Source: Candidatus Iainarchaeum sp. (lineage in GTDB: Archaea; Iainarchaeota; Iainarchaeia; Iainarchaeales; JAFCCJ01). Taken from it: a DNA stretch of 16,669 nucleotides. The stretch spans positions 1 through 16,669 of the forward strand of contig JBDRHK010000063.1 in the NCBI GenBank assembly GCA_043816965.1, in the 5' to 3' direction. The translations under genes and the position numbers were made by a program. Of the stretch, positions 16,530 through 16,669 are shown piece after piece; the stretch's first letter is position 1; each line of letters opens with the position of its first letter. The notes under the pieces were generated by a model, which saw only the letters and a program-made list of their open reading frames with translations, did not search any database and was not told where the DNA came from.

Positions 16530-16669
16530 GGCTGTGGGACAGAATAGGCGTATTACCCTAACCACAGCAGGTTGTGCCAGATGGTTGTGAGGAAGCATGC
16601 CGTGTTGATGGTGTTGGTTTTTCTTTGCGGGATTTTCCAGCCGAAGCGTCTTTTGTCTTCTGAGAAACC
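16530..16669 (-). mobile_element. End of a probable insertion sequence: DDE transposase C-terminus (stop at 16553-16555) and candidate terminal inverted repeat GGCTGTGGGACAGAATAG
   Basis: My translation of 16669-16553: GFSEDKRRFGWKIPQRKTNTINTACFLTTIWHNLLWLG*. This resembles the (E)xxFSxxKRxFG...HNL tail of IS4/IS5-superfamily transposases. The catalytic Glu and the other end lie outside the window, so the boundary is inferred. Confidence 0.65.

Overview
Archaeal DNA, judged from class III signal peptides, TATA/BRE-like promoters and AGGTGA/GGAGG Shine-Dalgarno sites. A DPANN-like origin is my inference from the pilin style, not a determination. The core is a type IV pilus (Tad/archaeal pilus) locus at about 2777-16487. 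It holds a Cys-rich membrane protein, five tandem class III signal-peptide proteins (one a large vWA/CARDB-like adhesin), an Ig/FN3 membrane protein, a Lys/Pro-rich wHTH protein, a TadA/VirB11-family ATPase, two TadB/TadC-like platform proteins and a convergent probable major pilin. Two things stand out. (1) The ATPase carries a 529-aa LAGLIDADG intein with non-canonical splice motifs: it ends in Met-Asp instead of His-Asn and has no His at the usual block B, F or G positions. (2) A GC-rich tandem pair of structured hairpin units of about 150 bp sits between two pilin genes and reads in frame within the leader of the vWA pilin. The left arm encodes an ORFan, a molybdopterin oxidoreductase plus a small bis-His membrane partner, and a transglutaminase-like protein with Asp at the catalytic Cys position. 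The right edge holds the 3' end of a probable DDE transposase just upstream of the pilin promoter. All family assignments are by eye from motifs; no database searches were run.
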